A stretch of DNA of 63,286 bases, counting the filler, from Octopus bimaculoides (Eukaryota): assembly GCF_001194135.2 (NCBI RefSeq). It is 4 parts of 4 records of this genome, joined end to end, with 100 filler letters (N's around TTAATTAATTAA, not from the genome) between each part and the next. Parts side by side here need not be neighbours in the genome. Positions count along the whole stretch, not along the records: positions 23,363 to 54,590 come from NC_068983.1; positions 54,691 to 60,101 come from NC_068982.1; positions 60,202 to 63,286 come from NC_069007.1; 1 more part is not named here. One strand, given 5' to 3'. The notes below the pieces were generated by a model. The model saw only the letters and a list, made by a program, of their open reading frames with translations, did no database searches and was not told the DNA's origin. Shown piece after piece: positions 50,880 to 63,286 of this stretch. How positions within the stretch are numbered: position 1 is the first letter of the stretch; the number at the start of each line of letters is the position of its first letter. Made by a program: the position numbers and the translations under genes.

Positions 50880-51166
50880 ATATAAATTAAGTACCAGTTG
50901 CTTACTGGGATCGATCTAACCAATAGGCCCCCTCCCCCAAAATTTCAGGCCTTGTAGAAGACATTTTAAGGCGGCGAGCTGGCAGAATCATTAGCACGCT
51001 GGGCGTAATGTTTAGCGGCGTTTCGTCTATCTTTACTTTCTCAATTCATATTCCGCCGAGGTCGACTTTGCCTTTCATCCTTTCCGGGTCGATAAATTAA
51101 GTATCAGTTGCGTACTGGGGTCGATCTACACGCCTGACCTCATACCCCAAAATTTTGTGCCTAAGA
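50880..51166 (+). mobile_element. SINE S1 tail fragment (50880-50960) plus full copy (50969-51166)
   Basis: AAGGCGGCGAGCTGGCAGAATC head and S1 body. Confidence 0.82.
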
Positions 51167-52230
51167 CATACTGAGGCATACACAATCACACGCGTGCATA
51201 TATAATCTCGGGCACGCATTCCTTTGTATTATTTTCCAAATTTTCGTTTATTTTGGCAGTCAATCTATTCCTTTTCTCGAATGTAGTCTTTTACTTTATT
51301 TGAAAAATATCGCAACATTGCGAGTGGTCATATAAGAATTCCTTACAATTTAATTAAATGCACCAGAGATTACCTTAAATTATTCCCTCTATGAATATCA
51401 CTGACATTTACTTGACTCCAAACAAGTGCAGGATGTGAAAGTAATTGAATATTTCTAATAATGAAGTATTTTGCACTTATATGTGGATGTGTTCCTCTGT
51501 TGCATACTCCCCATGTTTCAAATTAGAATCTAATTATTGTTCGTAGAACAACGGAGTTGAAATTAAAACGAACCTCATTTCTCGTTACTCAGTTTTCTTG
51601 TACATTCTGAAATTACAGTACATTACACGGTAATGAAATACTTAACTAACGGGTATTGAATCATTAATTATACATCTCAGGGTGCATTGGATCATTAACA
51701 GTACAGCGTCCATTGTCACTTCTTATAATGTCCAGATGTCTTAGAAATAAATTACATTTGAAATAGAACATTTAAAATTGAAACAGAAATCACGGATTTA
51801 ACATGGAAGTTTTTGCTATGTAAAGGATTACTAATTTCTCCTTTCTTATCGAAACTTTTCATCTGTGCTACGTCTATCTCTATATTTGATATCCTTAGAA
51901 TTGTCTTTTCTTAATCAACGGGTTGTAATGTCCACAAGGAAATTGCACATGATCGATAACCGTTCCTCTTAAAATGAACAGTGAAATAGTGAAAGGAATG
52001 AAATACGATACAACTCAACACATATTAATTGTATTTGCACACTCTGCAAGAAAATGGGGCAATATATCCAATGCACAGCACCAAACAACCATCGCAATAT
52101 TGCCCATCCGATTTATAGAAATTCGTCTATGGAGAGATATTAGATATTGCAGAAGACCATTAACATAAGCGCTCTCCGTCTGTACGTCATCAAGATAAGG
52201 CATTATATTTATGTGTGTGCGTGAGTGTAA

Positions 52231-52270
<40 letters not shown>

Positions 52271-53252
52271 NNNNNNNNNNNNNNNNNNNNNNNNNNNNNN
52301 NNNNNTTTATATATATATATATATATATCTTTTATATTTAATGTATACCAATCACTGGACCACAGCTTTGCTGCGGCACTGCAGCTTAGCACGATTTTAG
52401 CCGAATGACGTGGCATTAGTTCCTATAGGTTAAATCTTAGTGATTATTCTATCTCCCTTTCGCCGAATCACCAAGCGTGCGTGTATGCACACTTCTTCAT
52501 CTTCCTTCGTTTACACTACTAAAGGTCACCGTTGTGACATTTGCAGGCGTAGATTGGGTTGTTTCCCTGATCACATTAATGTTCATGGGATTTCTTAATA
52601 TTTGCAGCTTGGTTCAAGTTTACGCTTCTTAGAGGCGACTGCCTACGACATACGTTCAATACATATCCGTGTACTTTTTCCATTAACATTATTTACTGTG
52701 TCAAACGTGTTCTCATTTATCAAGTCAATAGCGTATTTTAGTTAAGATTTTGTTTCTAGCATTTCCAACAAGCATTCAGTGATAATCGTTAAGATATCTT
52801 CCAGTGCTTCTATTTGAGCTTGCTATTTGGACATACATATTTCTCCCCTCCGAACAGATGTTAATATAATTATTTCCACACGTGATTACACTCTAGTTTT
52901 GATGATGAAGGCGATATTGGCAATTTATTTTTACACTACATATACAACTTAAGTGAGATCACTTTGAAAACAAGATGTTTCATTTGGCGAATTACCTCAC
53001 ATTTTTTGTAACGTGTGAAACGCCCTATTAAATTCTCCTTTTTCACATTTGAGTAAATCCATGCATCCATATTTCGCCGATTAATATTCGTCGGGGGTTC
53101 ACTGAGGTAGAGTCGTCAGATACTATCTACCTAAGACCGTATCTAATGCAAAAGTCATCCAAAGTTTCTGCTGGATTCCCAAATGTAGCTAACGTAGAGT
53201 AGGCTTATTATTCAAAGATCTTGGTTGTTACCTACCATTATATTTCCTATCT

Positions 53253-53466
53253 GAGGCGGAGTGCTCGCAGAATCGTTAGCACCCCGGGCGAAATTCTTAG
53301 CGGTATCTCGTCTGTCATTACGTTCTGATTTCAAATTCTGCCGAGGTCGACTTTGCCTTTAATCATTTCGGGGTCGATAAATTAAGTACAAGTTCCGTTC
53401 GAGGGAAGATCTAATTGACCGGCCTCCTCACACCAAATGCCAGGCCTTCTGCCTATAGTAGAAAAG
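53253..53466 (+). mobile_element. SINE S1, full length, 16-bp TSD
   Basis: ATTATAT(T/C)TCCTATCT at 53237-53252 and 53467-53482. Confidence 0.9.
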
Positions 53467-53484
53467 ATTATATCTCCTATCTAT

Positions 53485-53612
53485 TGGCTCTCCTTCATCG
53501 TCAACTGTGCGATCCTTTTCGGCGGCATTCTAACCATATTTCCATAGTACCAAAGGTCTGACTACTGATTGCGGAGATGCAGTGGCTCGAAATAGATAAA
53601 TTCCCTGATCTC
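53485..53612 (-). mobile_element. RTE-clade LINE ORF2 C-terminal remnant
   Basis: EIREFIYFEPLHLRNQ*SDLWYYGNMVRMPPKRIAQL resembles the RTE motif IRE..GIEPL.LRIE..QLRWYGHV.RMP..RI. Confidence 0.5.
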
Positions 53613-54173
53613 TGAGCTGCTGGATCTGTCGAGTAATGTTAATCTAAAAATCCTACAGACTATGGTACAGTTTCAGATATTTCACAATATTCATGACTAC
53701 GGGTTAGGACAGACAACATCCAGTTTCGAAGGTTTCAACTACGAATCATTTATCTGATCACAAACGTTTGGCTATACTTTTCTATTGCGATTTCATCGCA
53801 ATCAAAACTCGCCAATCGATTTCAAAAATTTGCAGAACTTAGATAATACAACTATTCGAGATCTACAAAGCATATCGTGGGAAAATTCTTATGATTTTTA
53901 GAAAACCTATTGTAAAGTAAATAACCAGGACATCAGATGCTTAGTTCTTCAGGTAGCATGGGTTATAAAATATGCCTTAATATATTTTCCAGATAGGTAG
54001 GCGCTATAATTAAAACGATATGTTTTGTTGACCACCTTAAAATTAGTGTACGGAAGGACGAAAGTATCAAATACGTTTTTATTCTTTCAGTTTTGTATAT
54101 GGCACGTGCCTAATATTGACCTGTTATATATCGCAGTTCACAGAGTTCGCGGAGCCGAAATCTGTCTATCGAT

Positions 54174-54210
<37 letters not shown>

Positions 54211-54225
54211 CGCACATACACACAC

Positions 54226-54267
<42 letters not shown>

Positions 54268-54542
54268 CTGTGTGTGCGTGTGTTTGCCTGTATATATGCA
54301 TATACGTTTCTATACGAATCTCAAGTTAGAGGCAGACCTATAATGTAAACATTATTTATGTCAAACACTGTTTGTTATTAAACGCTTTTAGGCTGTCAAG
54401 TCCACCAGTCTTGCGCAGTGGATTCCTTGACACAGAAAGTGTAAGTCTAGCTTGTAACCCTCCATTGGTGTATAAATCAATAAATATAGACCACTACTCT
54501 CTACGTTATTGCGATTGACATGTATCATCACCATAAGTGGTA

Positions 54543-54582
<40 letters not shown>

Positions 54583-54743
54583 TATATATANNNNNNNNNN
54601 NNNNNNNNNNNNNNNNNNNNNNNNNNNNNNNNNNTTAATTAATTAANNNNNNNNNNNNNNNNNNNNNNNNNNNNNNNNNNNNNNNNNNNNATGAATGTGT
54701 GTATGTATTATGCATTTATGAATGTACTTATGTAAGTATATAT

Positions 54744-54745
<2 letters not shown>

Positions 54746-54774
<29 letters not shown>

Positions 54775-54823
54775 AAGAAGAAGAAGAAGAAGAAGAAGAA
54801 GAAGAAGAAGAAGAAGAAGAAGA
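54746..54823. repeat. Compound microsatellite (GTA)n-(GAA)n
   Basis: Direct inspection. Confidence 0.95.
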
Positions 54824-56606
54824 ATGTGGAGGAGGACGGGAGGACGATTGGAAGGGGGATTCGATGAGAAATTTGGAGTAATAAAGCAGAATAAGTTTCT
54901 GTAGGAGTGAGTGAGAGAGAGAGAGGTGGGGTGGAGATCCGGAACAAAAATGTAAAAAGATAGTGGAAGAGAGTGAGGCTAAGAGCAGATTTTTAAGAAA
55001 TAATAGAGAGAGAGTGCAACAGAAATACATAGTGCAATTAACTTTAAGTATTAACACATGGATATAAGTGAGATATTGAATGAAGAGGGGGAAGTTTTGA
55101 GATAAAGTTCAGATTGTATCCATGGGTAATCAAGTATACATGGATGTATGAAATAGATGACGTGGGAGACGGAGGGAAGCGATGATAAGGGCGGTGGAAT
55201 GGATGTAAAACTTTAAGGGATAGTATATAAAAAGGGAGTTATATTACAGTATGTGTTATTTAGGAATCACCTTAGAAAGAATTGAAAATATAGAAGAGTG
55301 TGAAGTGTTACGTATAAGTAAAGAGGGAATATGTGGAAAACATCCGTAGTTTAGNNNNNNNNNNNNNNNNNNNNNNNNNNNNNNNNNNNNNNNNNNNNNN
55401 NNNNNNNNNNNNNNNNNNNNNNNNNNNNNNNNNNNNNNNNNNNNNNNNNNNNNNNNNNNNNNNNNNNNNNNNNNNNNNNNNNNNNNNNNNNNNNNNNNNN
55501 NNNNNNNNNNNNNNNNNNNNNNNNNNNNNNNNNNNNNNNNNNNNNNNNNNNNNNNNNNNNNNNNNNNNNNNNNNNNNNNNNNNNNNNNNNNNNNNNNNNN
55601 NNNNNNNNNNNNNNNNNNNNNNNNNNNNNNNNNNNNNNNNNNNNNNNNNNNNNNNNNNNNNNNNNNNNNNNNNNNNNNNNNNNNNNNNNNNNNNNNNNNN
55701 NNNNNNNNNNNNNNNNNNNNNNNNNNNNNNNNNNNNNNNNNNNNNNNNNNNNNNNNNNNNNNNNNNNNNNNNNNNNNNNNNNNNNNNNNNNNNNNNNNNN
55801 NNNNNNNNNNNNNNNNNNNNNNNNNNNNNNNNNNNNNNNNNNNNNNNNNNNNNNNNNNNNNNNNNNNNNNNNNNNNNNNNNNNNNNNNNNNNNNNNNNNN
55901 NNNNNNNNNNNNNNNNNNNNNNNNNNNNNNNNNNNNNNNNNNNNNNNNNNNNNNNNNNNNNNNNNNNNNNNNNNNNNNNNNNNNNNNNNNNNNNNNNNNN
56001 NNNNNNNNNNNNNNNNNNNNNNNNNNNNNNNNNNNNNNNNNNNNNNNNNNNNNNNNNNNNNNNNNNNNNNNNNNNNNNNNNNNNNNNNNNNNNNNNNNNN
56101 NNNNNNNNNNNNNNNNNNNNNNNNNNNNNNNNNNNNNNNNNNNNNNNNNNNNNNNNNNNNNNNNNNNNNNNNNNNNNNNNNNNNNNNNNNNNNNNNNNNN
56201 NNNNNNNNNNNNNNNNNNNNNNNNNNNNNNNNNNNNNNNNNNNNNNNNNNNNNNNNNNNNNNNNNNNNNNNNNNNNNNNNNNNNNNNNNNNNNNNNNNNN
56301 NNNNNNNNNNNNNTATATATATATACATATGTATATACACATATATATACACACACACTCACGCACGCATACACAAACACGCACGCATACGTGTGTGCGT
56401 GTGCGTGGGTGAATATCAATGATAACCATATGTATAGGTTGTACTTCCTACACGCGTTTCATCATTTTCCTATATTTACTCTGCAGAGTAACTCACTAGA
56501 AAAGTTACTTCTCAACAGTATATGAAGCAGACTAGGTTGTAATAATCTACATGGAGTACTAAATGCAATAGTGGCAGTGGTATACATAGATACATAGATA
56601 CATACA

Positions 56607-56748
<142 letters not shown>

Positions 56749-57616
56749 GATAAATAGGATTCAAGGAAAAAGCTTGTAGAATTGGATGCAAAAGCTCTCT
56801 CCCCTCTCTCTCTATATATATGTATATATATTTTTATACATATATATAAGTATATAAATATAAATATATATATATATGTATATATGTCTTTGTATCTATG
56901 TATTATATACATATATACACATATCTATATATATTTATATGCGTTTATATATGTATGTATATACATATATACACACTCATGTATATACGCACATATATGT
57001 GTGCATGTGTGTATGTGTGCGTGCGTATATACAGTTTGTTGTATAAACATGATATAGCTATAATAGACAAACCCTTAAATGTAAGAGATATTAAACCCTA
57101 ATCTGTGCAACGAGGGTTAGTGCCATCAGCTTTCAAATATAGCAATGAAAACGATTCTTATCGAGCTGTTATGGAGATAGAAAGGAAAAAATACAGAAGT
57201 GAGCTTAAAACATGTATTTATCATGTAATACAAAACACAGATTACAGAATAAAGAAACCGAAAAAGGTTATACTTAACTCTGTAATCTGTAATTTGCGTT
57301 TTGTGCAAATCCTCTCTTTAAAATTACCTGTGTTCAACTGCTTTTCTATGTGTGTGTGCCTCACTCTATCTCTCACACTCTTTCTCTCTCATTCTCCCTC
57401 TCTCATTCTCTCTCTCTTATTATCTCTCTCTTATTCTCTCTCTCACTCATTCTTTCTCTCTTTCTTTCCCGCTCTTTCTCTCAGACGATCTAGATTCCTG
57501 TGACGAGCCTTTGTAATATAAAATCTGCACGAACCCGAATCGAACTGTTTTTAGATAATTATATATGTAACCCTCATCAGATATGTTGAGTGCCTCTTTC
57601 ATTCATTTGTCCTGGC

Positions 57617-57649
<33 letters not shown>

Positions 57650-58223
57650 TGTATGTATGTATGTATGTATATATATATATATATATATATANNNNNNNNN
57701 NAAACCGTTAGATTCACTTCAACATTTAAATTTAAATTGTCAAAATATTTTCGTCGCTTTGAGACTGCGACCTGTTCACTGACAAAATTCTGTGATACAG
57801 AATATTCCAAATTATCCGCCAAGTCTGTTTTCTCACACCGATTTCATTAGTAATCATATATATTTACAAGGAGAAAAATGAAGTATTTCGTCCGGTATCA
57901 TATATATATATTTACAAAAAAGAAATTCAGTAGTAAAAATGTCTTGAATTCGGTTAAATTATGTAGTTGGTATTAACTGATAGAGTAAGTCAATTAAAAG
58001 TTTGTGACATAAAAACGCCACTCGAACAAATATGAGTCTCATTTGCAGATAAAGATGTTTATCTTACTTATACATAAATTGTGTCATACCTTTTAACTAA
58101 TGTTCTCTATAATTTGCTTGACGTATATGATGTAGTAATTTTCTTTCTATCAGCGGGTATGAATGTGTGTATGTACTATGCATTTATAAATGTACTTATG
58201 TATGTATATATGTATGTGTGTGT

Positions 58224-58273
<50 letters not shown>

Positions 58274-58283
58274 NNNNNNNNNN

Positions 58284-58322
<39 letters not shown>

Positions 58323-59176
58323 TCTTACTTTGAAAGCACTGAACACATCTATTCGAATAATCCTCGAAAAATTTCTTGAATTCAAAAAAAAAAAACCTTT
58401 AAAACTTTCTATATGAACTTTTGCTTTTCGTTTTTGTGCTAGTTCCAAAACTTGTACCTACACAGGTACACAACATAAAATGAGCACTGCATTTAACAAG
58501 CATATAATTTATGACTAAGTATGATAATTGAAATTTCCTGAAATGAATATTGAACTCCTTGAAATTATATATCTCTTGTTTTCTCTTAGGACGCTACTAA
58601 ATTTATATCATTATACAACAGAAAGGAAATTTCAGTTCATTAAAACATTTTCGCATAAATAAATTCTACATAGCACTACCTAATAGAATCATTTAAAGTT
58701 ATGCTACTTGAGTTCTTCAGTCATTCCCCTGAGTTTACATTTTGAAATTATGCGAACTGAACGTCATGAATTATTTTACCAAATGACTTCAAATGCTAAA
58801 TCAACTTTTGGAAGAAACAAATCATCACCCGGATGATTTCATAACGTAGATTCATAATTCCAGATATTACCCTGCTTACGATGAAAGATCAGACTTTATT
58901 TCCAGGCAGGAGATCTAAATTATCACTGAAAATATTTCTTAATTTCTGTGAAACTCTCAAGTGGTTGCAGTAAAGCTATGCTTTCTGATTCCATCTCAGA
59001 TGGAAATTTCAGGACTTTATTGCAAGTTATTCTGCATGTCTCACACAAATTCTCTGAATTCATGCTTCTTGCTCATTTGGCTTTGTTCATTAGCACACAT
59101 TTTTGTTATTTTTATATAGATACACCTCCATCACACATATATGGGTATATGTATATACGCACGTTATGTGTATGTA

Positions 59177-59207
<31 letters not shown>

Positions 59208-59971
59208 GCCTGTTGGCGTGTGTGTATATGTATGTATATGCATGTGTGTGTATGTGTGTGTGTAAATGGATATATATGTATATGTATACACATATGCATA
59301 TGGGTACGTAGAGACACGCACGCAATATACTCCAACATACGTACATATGTTTGTGTGTATGTGTGCGTGTGTCTGTGTGCATGTGTCTGTGTGCATTTGT
59401 GTGGTTGTGGGTGTGCCCACGCGTGTGTATTATGCACACATTAATGTATTTTTGAAATGTCACATATTTAACTACATATATTACTCTGGTTTTGGTGTTA
59501 TTTGTGTCAAGAAACTAATATGGAAATATAATCTTTCGTTTCGTCAATAATATACAGTTACACCTATATTTAGACATCTTCTATTGACATATTCGCGCTG
59601 CAATTTTTATGCATATGAAATATGAATATATACAGACGTTCATATATATGCCTCCTCTCTTCATCTAACTATCTAAATACCTATCTATCTCTCTAGCTAC
59701 AATTTGCCTCTCTCTATCTCTTATCCTGTCTCTCCGCAAATTATTCACACTCCACCACATCACAAACACTTGCGCACCTACGCACGCACGCACACACACG
59801 CACACACACAAACTAACACATGAGCACCCACAAACATATGCTTCCAAAACTACATCGAACTGGCATATGCAAAATAATCTGTTATGACAAAAATCGATTT
59901 AAACATTTCTCTATCAAGTTTCTTCACTCACTTTCTCTATGAGAATGCGGACTTGTCTGTCTATATATCTG

Positions 59972-60040
<69 letters not shown>

Positions 60041-60201
60041 ATATCTATCTATCTATAGGGGATGTAAGTGCCTCAAAGACCTGCTCAGACGTTTCCATTT
60101 GNNNNNNNNNNNNNNNNNNNNNNNNNNNNNNNNNNNNNNNNNNNNTTAATTAATTAANNNNNNNNNNNNNNNNNNNNNNNNNNNNNNNNNNNNNNNNNNN
60201 N

Positions 60202-60250
<49 letters not shown>

Positions 60251-61021
60251 TAGATAGATAAATAGATACGTGCGTCTGTTGATACATAAGCAATGATGAT
60301 GATGATGATATAACCGTGTGTGTAGTTTTCTGCATGTACAGATGTGTGCATGTGCAAGTGTATATGTGTATGTGTGTGTGTATATATAAATGTATGTATG
60401 TATGTATATGCAAATTCTGTATATAAAACTTCATGTTAACTGAAGAGAGGTAAGGGGGAGGAGACAACAAAGGAGACGGGGCCTTAGTTTAGGGGACAGA
60501 AAGAACGAGAGTCACAATTTATTACGTAAAACTACATGATAAAAAGAGGATCTCTGGGATTCCCGGTGCCATGTTCTTGGCAATAATGTCCATCACTCCA
60601 TCCCCATTGCTAGTCATTTTAATTCTACAGACAAAGGGGAGCTCGTACGGAATAAAAATGCAGATGTTCTTTATCAGAATGCGTGAATAAAAACAGAACG
60701 CAAGCAAAATGGATGAACATGTATGTGAAGAGATCACATGATCACGTTAAATTTTATCCACCCTGATGTCATTTTGGAATGGAATTGGTTAAATTGTTGG
60801 TGAATTCGATAGGGATATAAATGAATAATGAGAAATTATGATCTCTTTAACAGTTTGGTAAATAGTAAGGATGTATAACATACACACACACACAAACACA
60901 CATACAAACACAGGAAAGGTTACTGAGGAAAACATGCAACAGATTAAATCCTCGGTATTTCATGCGTTGCAAGATCTCTTGCAAACAGGTTCAGAGTTTA
61001 ACGTCACTTTCCACACCAATA

Positions 61022-61186
61022 CCTATCTACCTATCTATCTATCTATCCATCCATCTATCTATCTATCTACCTATCTATCTATCTATCTATTTATCTATCC
61101 ATCTATCTATCTATTTATCCATCTATTTATCCATCCATCCATCCATCCATCTATCTATCCATTTATCCATCCATTTATCCATCCGT

Positions 61187-61227
<41 letters not shown>

Positions 61228-61265
61228 CATCCATCTATCTATCTATCTACCTATCTATCTATCTA

Positions 61266-61325
<60 letters not shown>
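61022..61325. repeat. (TATC)n/(CATC)n tetranucleotide array
   Basis: Direct inspection. Confidence 0.95.
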
Positions 61326-61599
61326 NNNNNNNNNNNNNNNNNNNNNNNNNNNNNNNNNNNNNNNNNNNNNNNNNNNNNNNNNNNNNNNNNNNNNNNNNNN
61401 NNNNNNNNNNNNNNNNNNNNNNNNNNNNNNNNNNNNNNNNNNNNNNNNNNNNNNNNNNNNNNNNNNNNAAGAGAGAGAGAGCACTTTGCTCTCATATGTC
61501 TATTCCCTGCTGAGGTTACAATGGTCTTTTCTGTAGGCTTTTCTCTCCATGGATAAACCTAATGTTACCCCATTTTACACAATTGACATTTTCTGTGAT

Positions 61600-62047
61600 A
61601 TACGATACCCTTTTTTTTTTTTGTTTTTGCCTCTACTGATCCCTTTTGATCGGATTTGTTAATTTTTATTTTACCTTTCTTTTATTTTTTCTTAAAGAAA
61701 AGCTCTACAGTTGTATTTGTTCCCTCTGTGTGCAGCCCTGTGTGGCTAATAAAAGAAAGTTATCCATCTATCTATCCATCTTTCTATCTATCTATCTATC
61801 TTCCACGGCTAAACCTAAACTGTCCTCCTCTCTTTTTACATGAGAACATTACTGTGATACACGATCCCTATTGATCGCTATTTTTTTTTTTCTCAATCCC
61901 TTTTGATCGAACTCCCCCCTTTTTTCCTTCCTACGATCCCTTTTGATCGACAGCCCCCCCCCTACTTTTTTTCCCCCTCCCAAAAAGAAAAGCTCTACAT
62001 TGTATTTGTCCCATCTTTGTTGAGCCCTGTGTGGCTAATAAAAGAAA
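61600..62047 (+). mobile_element. Two tandem retroelement-like 3' ends, each followed by (TATC)n
   Basis: AAAGAAAAGCTCTACA..TGTATTTGT..AGCCCTGTGTGGCTAATAAAAGAAA ending at 61758 and 62047; GATCCCTTTTGATCG-like motif four times. Confidence 0.65.
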
Positions 62048-62049
62048 TG

Positions 62050-62114
<65 letters not shown>

Positions 62115-62121
62115 GTCTGCT

Positions 62122-62296
62122 CATAGGTATTTCACCTGTCACTATGTTCTGAGTTCAAACTCCACTGAAGTCAACTTTGCCTTTCATCCTTTTGGAGTCA
62201 ATAAACTAAATACCAGTGAAACAATGGGGTCGATGTAATTGACTAGTTCGCTCTAGCCCCAAAATATTCAGGCCTTGTGCCTATGATAGAAAGGAT
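62122..62296 (+). mobile_element. SINE S1, 5'-truncated
   Basis: GTTCTGAGTTCAAAC...GCCTTTCATCCTTTTGGAGTCAATAAA...GGCCTTGTGCCTATGATAGAAAGG. Confidence 0.8.
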
Positions 62297-62342
62297 CATT
62301 AATATTATTATTATCATGATTATCATTATTATTATTATTATT

Positions 62343-62625
62343 ATTGCCTTTGCACAGCTTCTAACGCTGGAGATGTACTACAGTGTCAGCTGTTCACTAC
62401 CAGTGAACTAAGGTAACACCTCTTATTTTTCGAGCACCTTCCGGAGTATTCCAGCGGTTCCAAGCAGTGCTGTTTTCTGCAGCAAGTGCTCCAACCTTAT
62501 TGCAGCCCCTAGAGGCTGCATTCTTCCCTCTTTTGATATTAAGTTCTGAGCATTTGGTAATCCCAAATCCCATACCGATGTCCCTACCACGCTTCTGGAC
62601 TGTTTTGGTTAAGGATACTATCTGT
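62343..62625 (-). mobile_element. R4/Dong-like family A 3' end fused to an RT-domain fragment
   Basis: 62512-62625 minus: EKQIVSLTKTVQKRGRDIGMGFGITKCSELNIKRGK (DIGM.FG..KC RT motif). 62343-62511: GAAIRLEHLLQKTALLGTAGILRKVLEK* plus family A UTR. Confidence 0.85.
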
Positions 62626-62664
62626 TTTTCAGATTTTCAGATTATTTTTATTATTATTATTATT

Positions 62665-62913
62665 TTATGTTTGACTTTTGCTTTGCATTTGTACAAGTTG
62701 GATCCAAGTCTCACCCAGAGACCTCAAGAGACAACAAGTTTGAAGTTCATGTAGGTGTTATGCCTAGGGTACCATATATTTGGATTTGTACATAGTGTTG
62801 TTCTAGAGAATGTTTATGAAACCATAAGAAAATTATGTGTTTGTTTTAAAATTTGAGATCACATAGACAGTATTTTACGTAGGATATGGGCAGTTCCTAT
62901 GAGCACTATCTTT
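62665..62913 (-). mobile_element. R4/Dong-like family C 3' end, flanked by (ATT)n
   Basis: KIVLIGTAHILRKILSM* plus a distinct ~200-bp 3' UTR. Confidence 0.7.
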
Positions 62914-62956
62914 ATTATTATTATCATTATTATTATTATTGTTCTTGTTGTTGCTG

Positions 62957-62997
<41 letters not shown>

Positions 62998-63286
62998 GTT
63001 CAGTAGTTTTATTTTTATAACGTGCTTTCACTTCACTATCGAGCTCAGCTCTGTGCGCCTTGGGTATGTGCTGTGGTTTGCTGTGGTGCTCTTATGGTTA
63101 CTGTATTGAAAGTGTTTTGCGTAGGATGTGTGCAGTGCCCAGTAGTGCAATTTTCTGTATGTTATATATATTTGTAAGTCCTGGTGTTTTTGTTATGTAT
63201 TTGTCTGAATATCTTTTTATTATACCTAAGGCACCTACTACGAGAGGAATTGTTTCTGTTTTTAGATTCCACATTCGAGTTACCTC
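62998..63286 (-). mobile_element. R4/Dong-like family B 3' part (runs off the window end)
   Basis: Near-identical to 36791-37080. Confidence 0.9.

Noticed and set aside
53128-53190. Candidate minus-strand exon TFGNPAETLDDFCIRYGL
   Set aside because: The donor (GTAGAT) is weak, its phase is incompatible with the candidate at 60526-60624, and the peptide is not recognised.

Overview
AT-rich, repeat-saturated eukaryotic DNA from a draft animal assembly with many N gaps. The SINE families, microsatellite load and LINE remnants match what I recall of Octopus genomes; this is inference, not a database result. No protein-coding gene, rRNA, true tRNA gene or CRISPR array can be supported, and nearly all supplied ORFs are microsatellite or gap artefacts. 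The window holds three tRNA-headed SINE families, including an 11-copy nest at 6.6-9.5 kb. It also holds at least four R4/Dong-like RLE retrotransposon families, whose copies sit in or next to (TAA)n arrays in the same orientation. Other remnants are a Tx1/L1-clade LINE 3' end whose tail resembles that of a SINE subfamily, RTE, Penelope GIY-YIG, mariner, maT and hAT pieces, a ~950-bp foldback element with a telomere-like core, and two hammerhead-ribozyme-like motifs. All coordinates and alignments were read by eye and may be off by a few bases.
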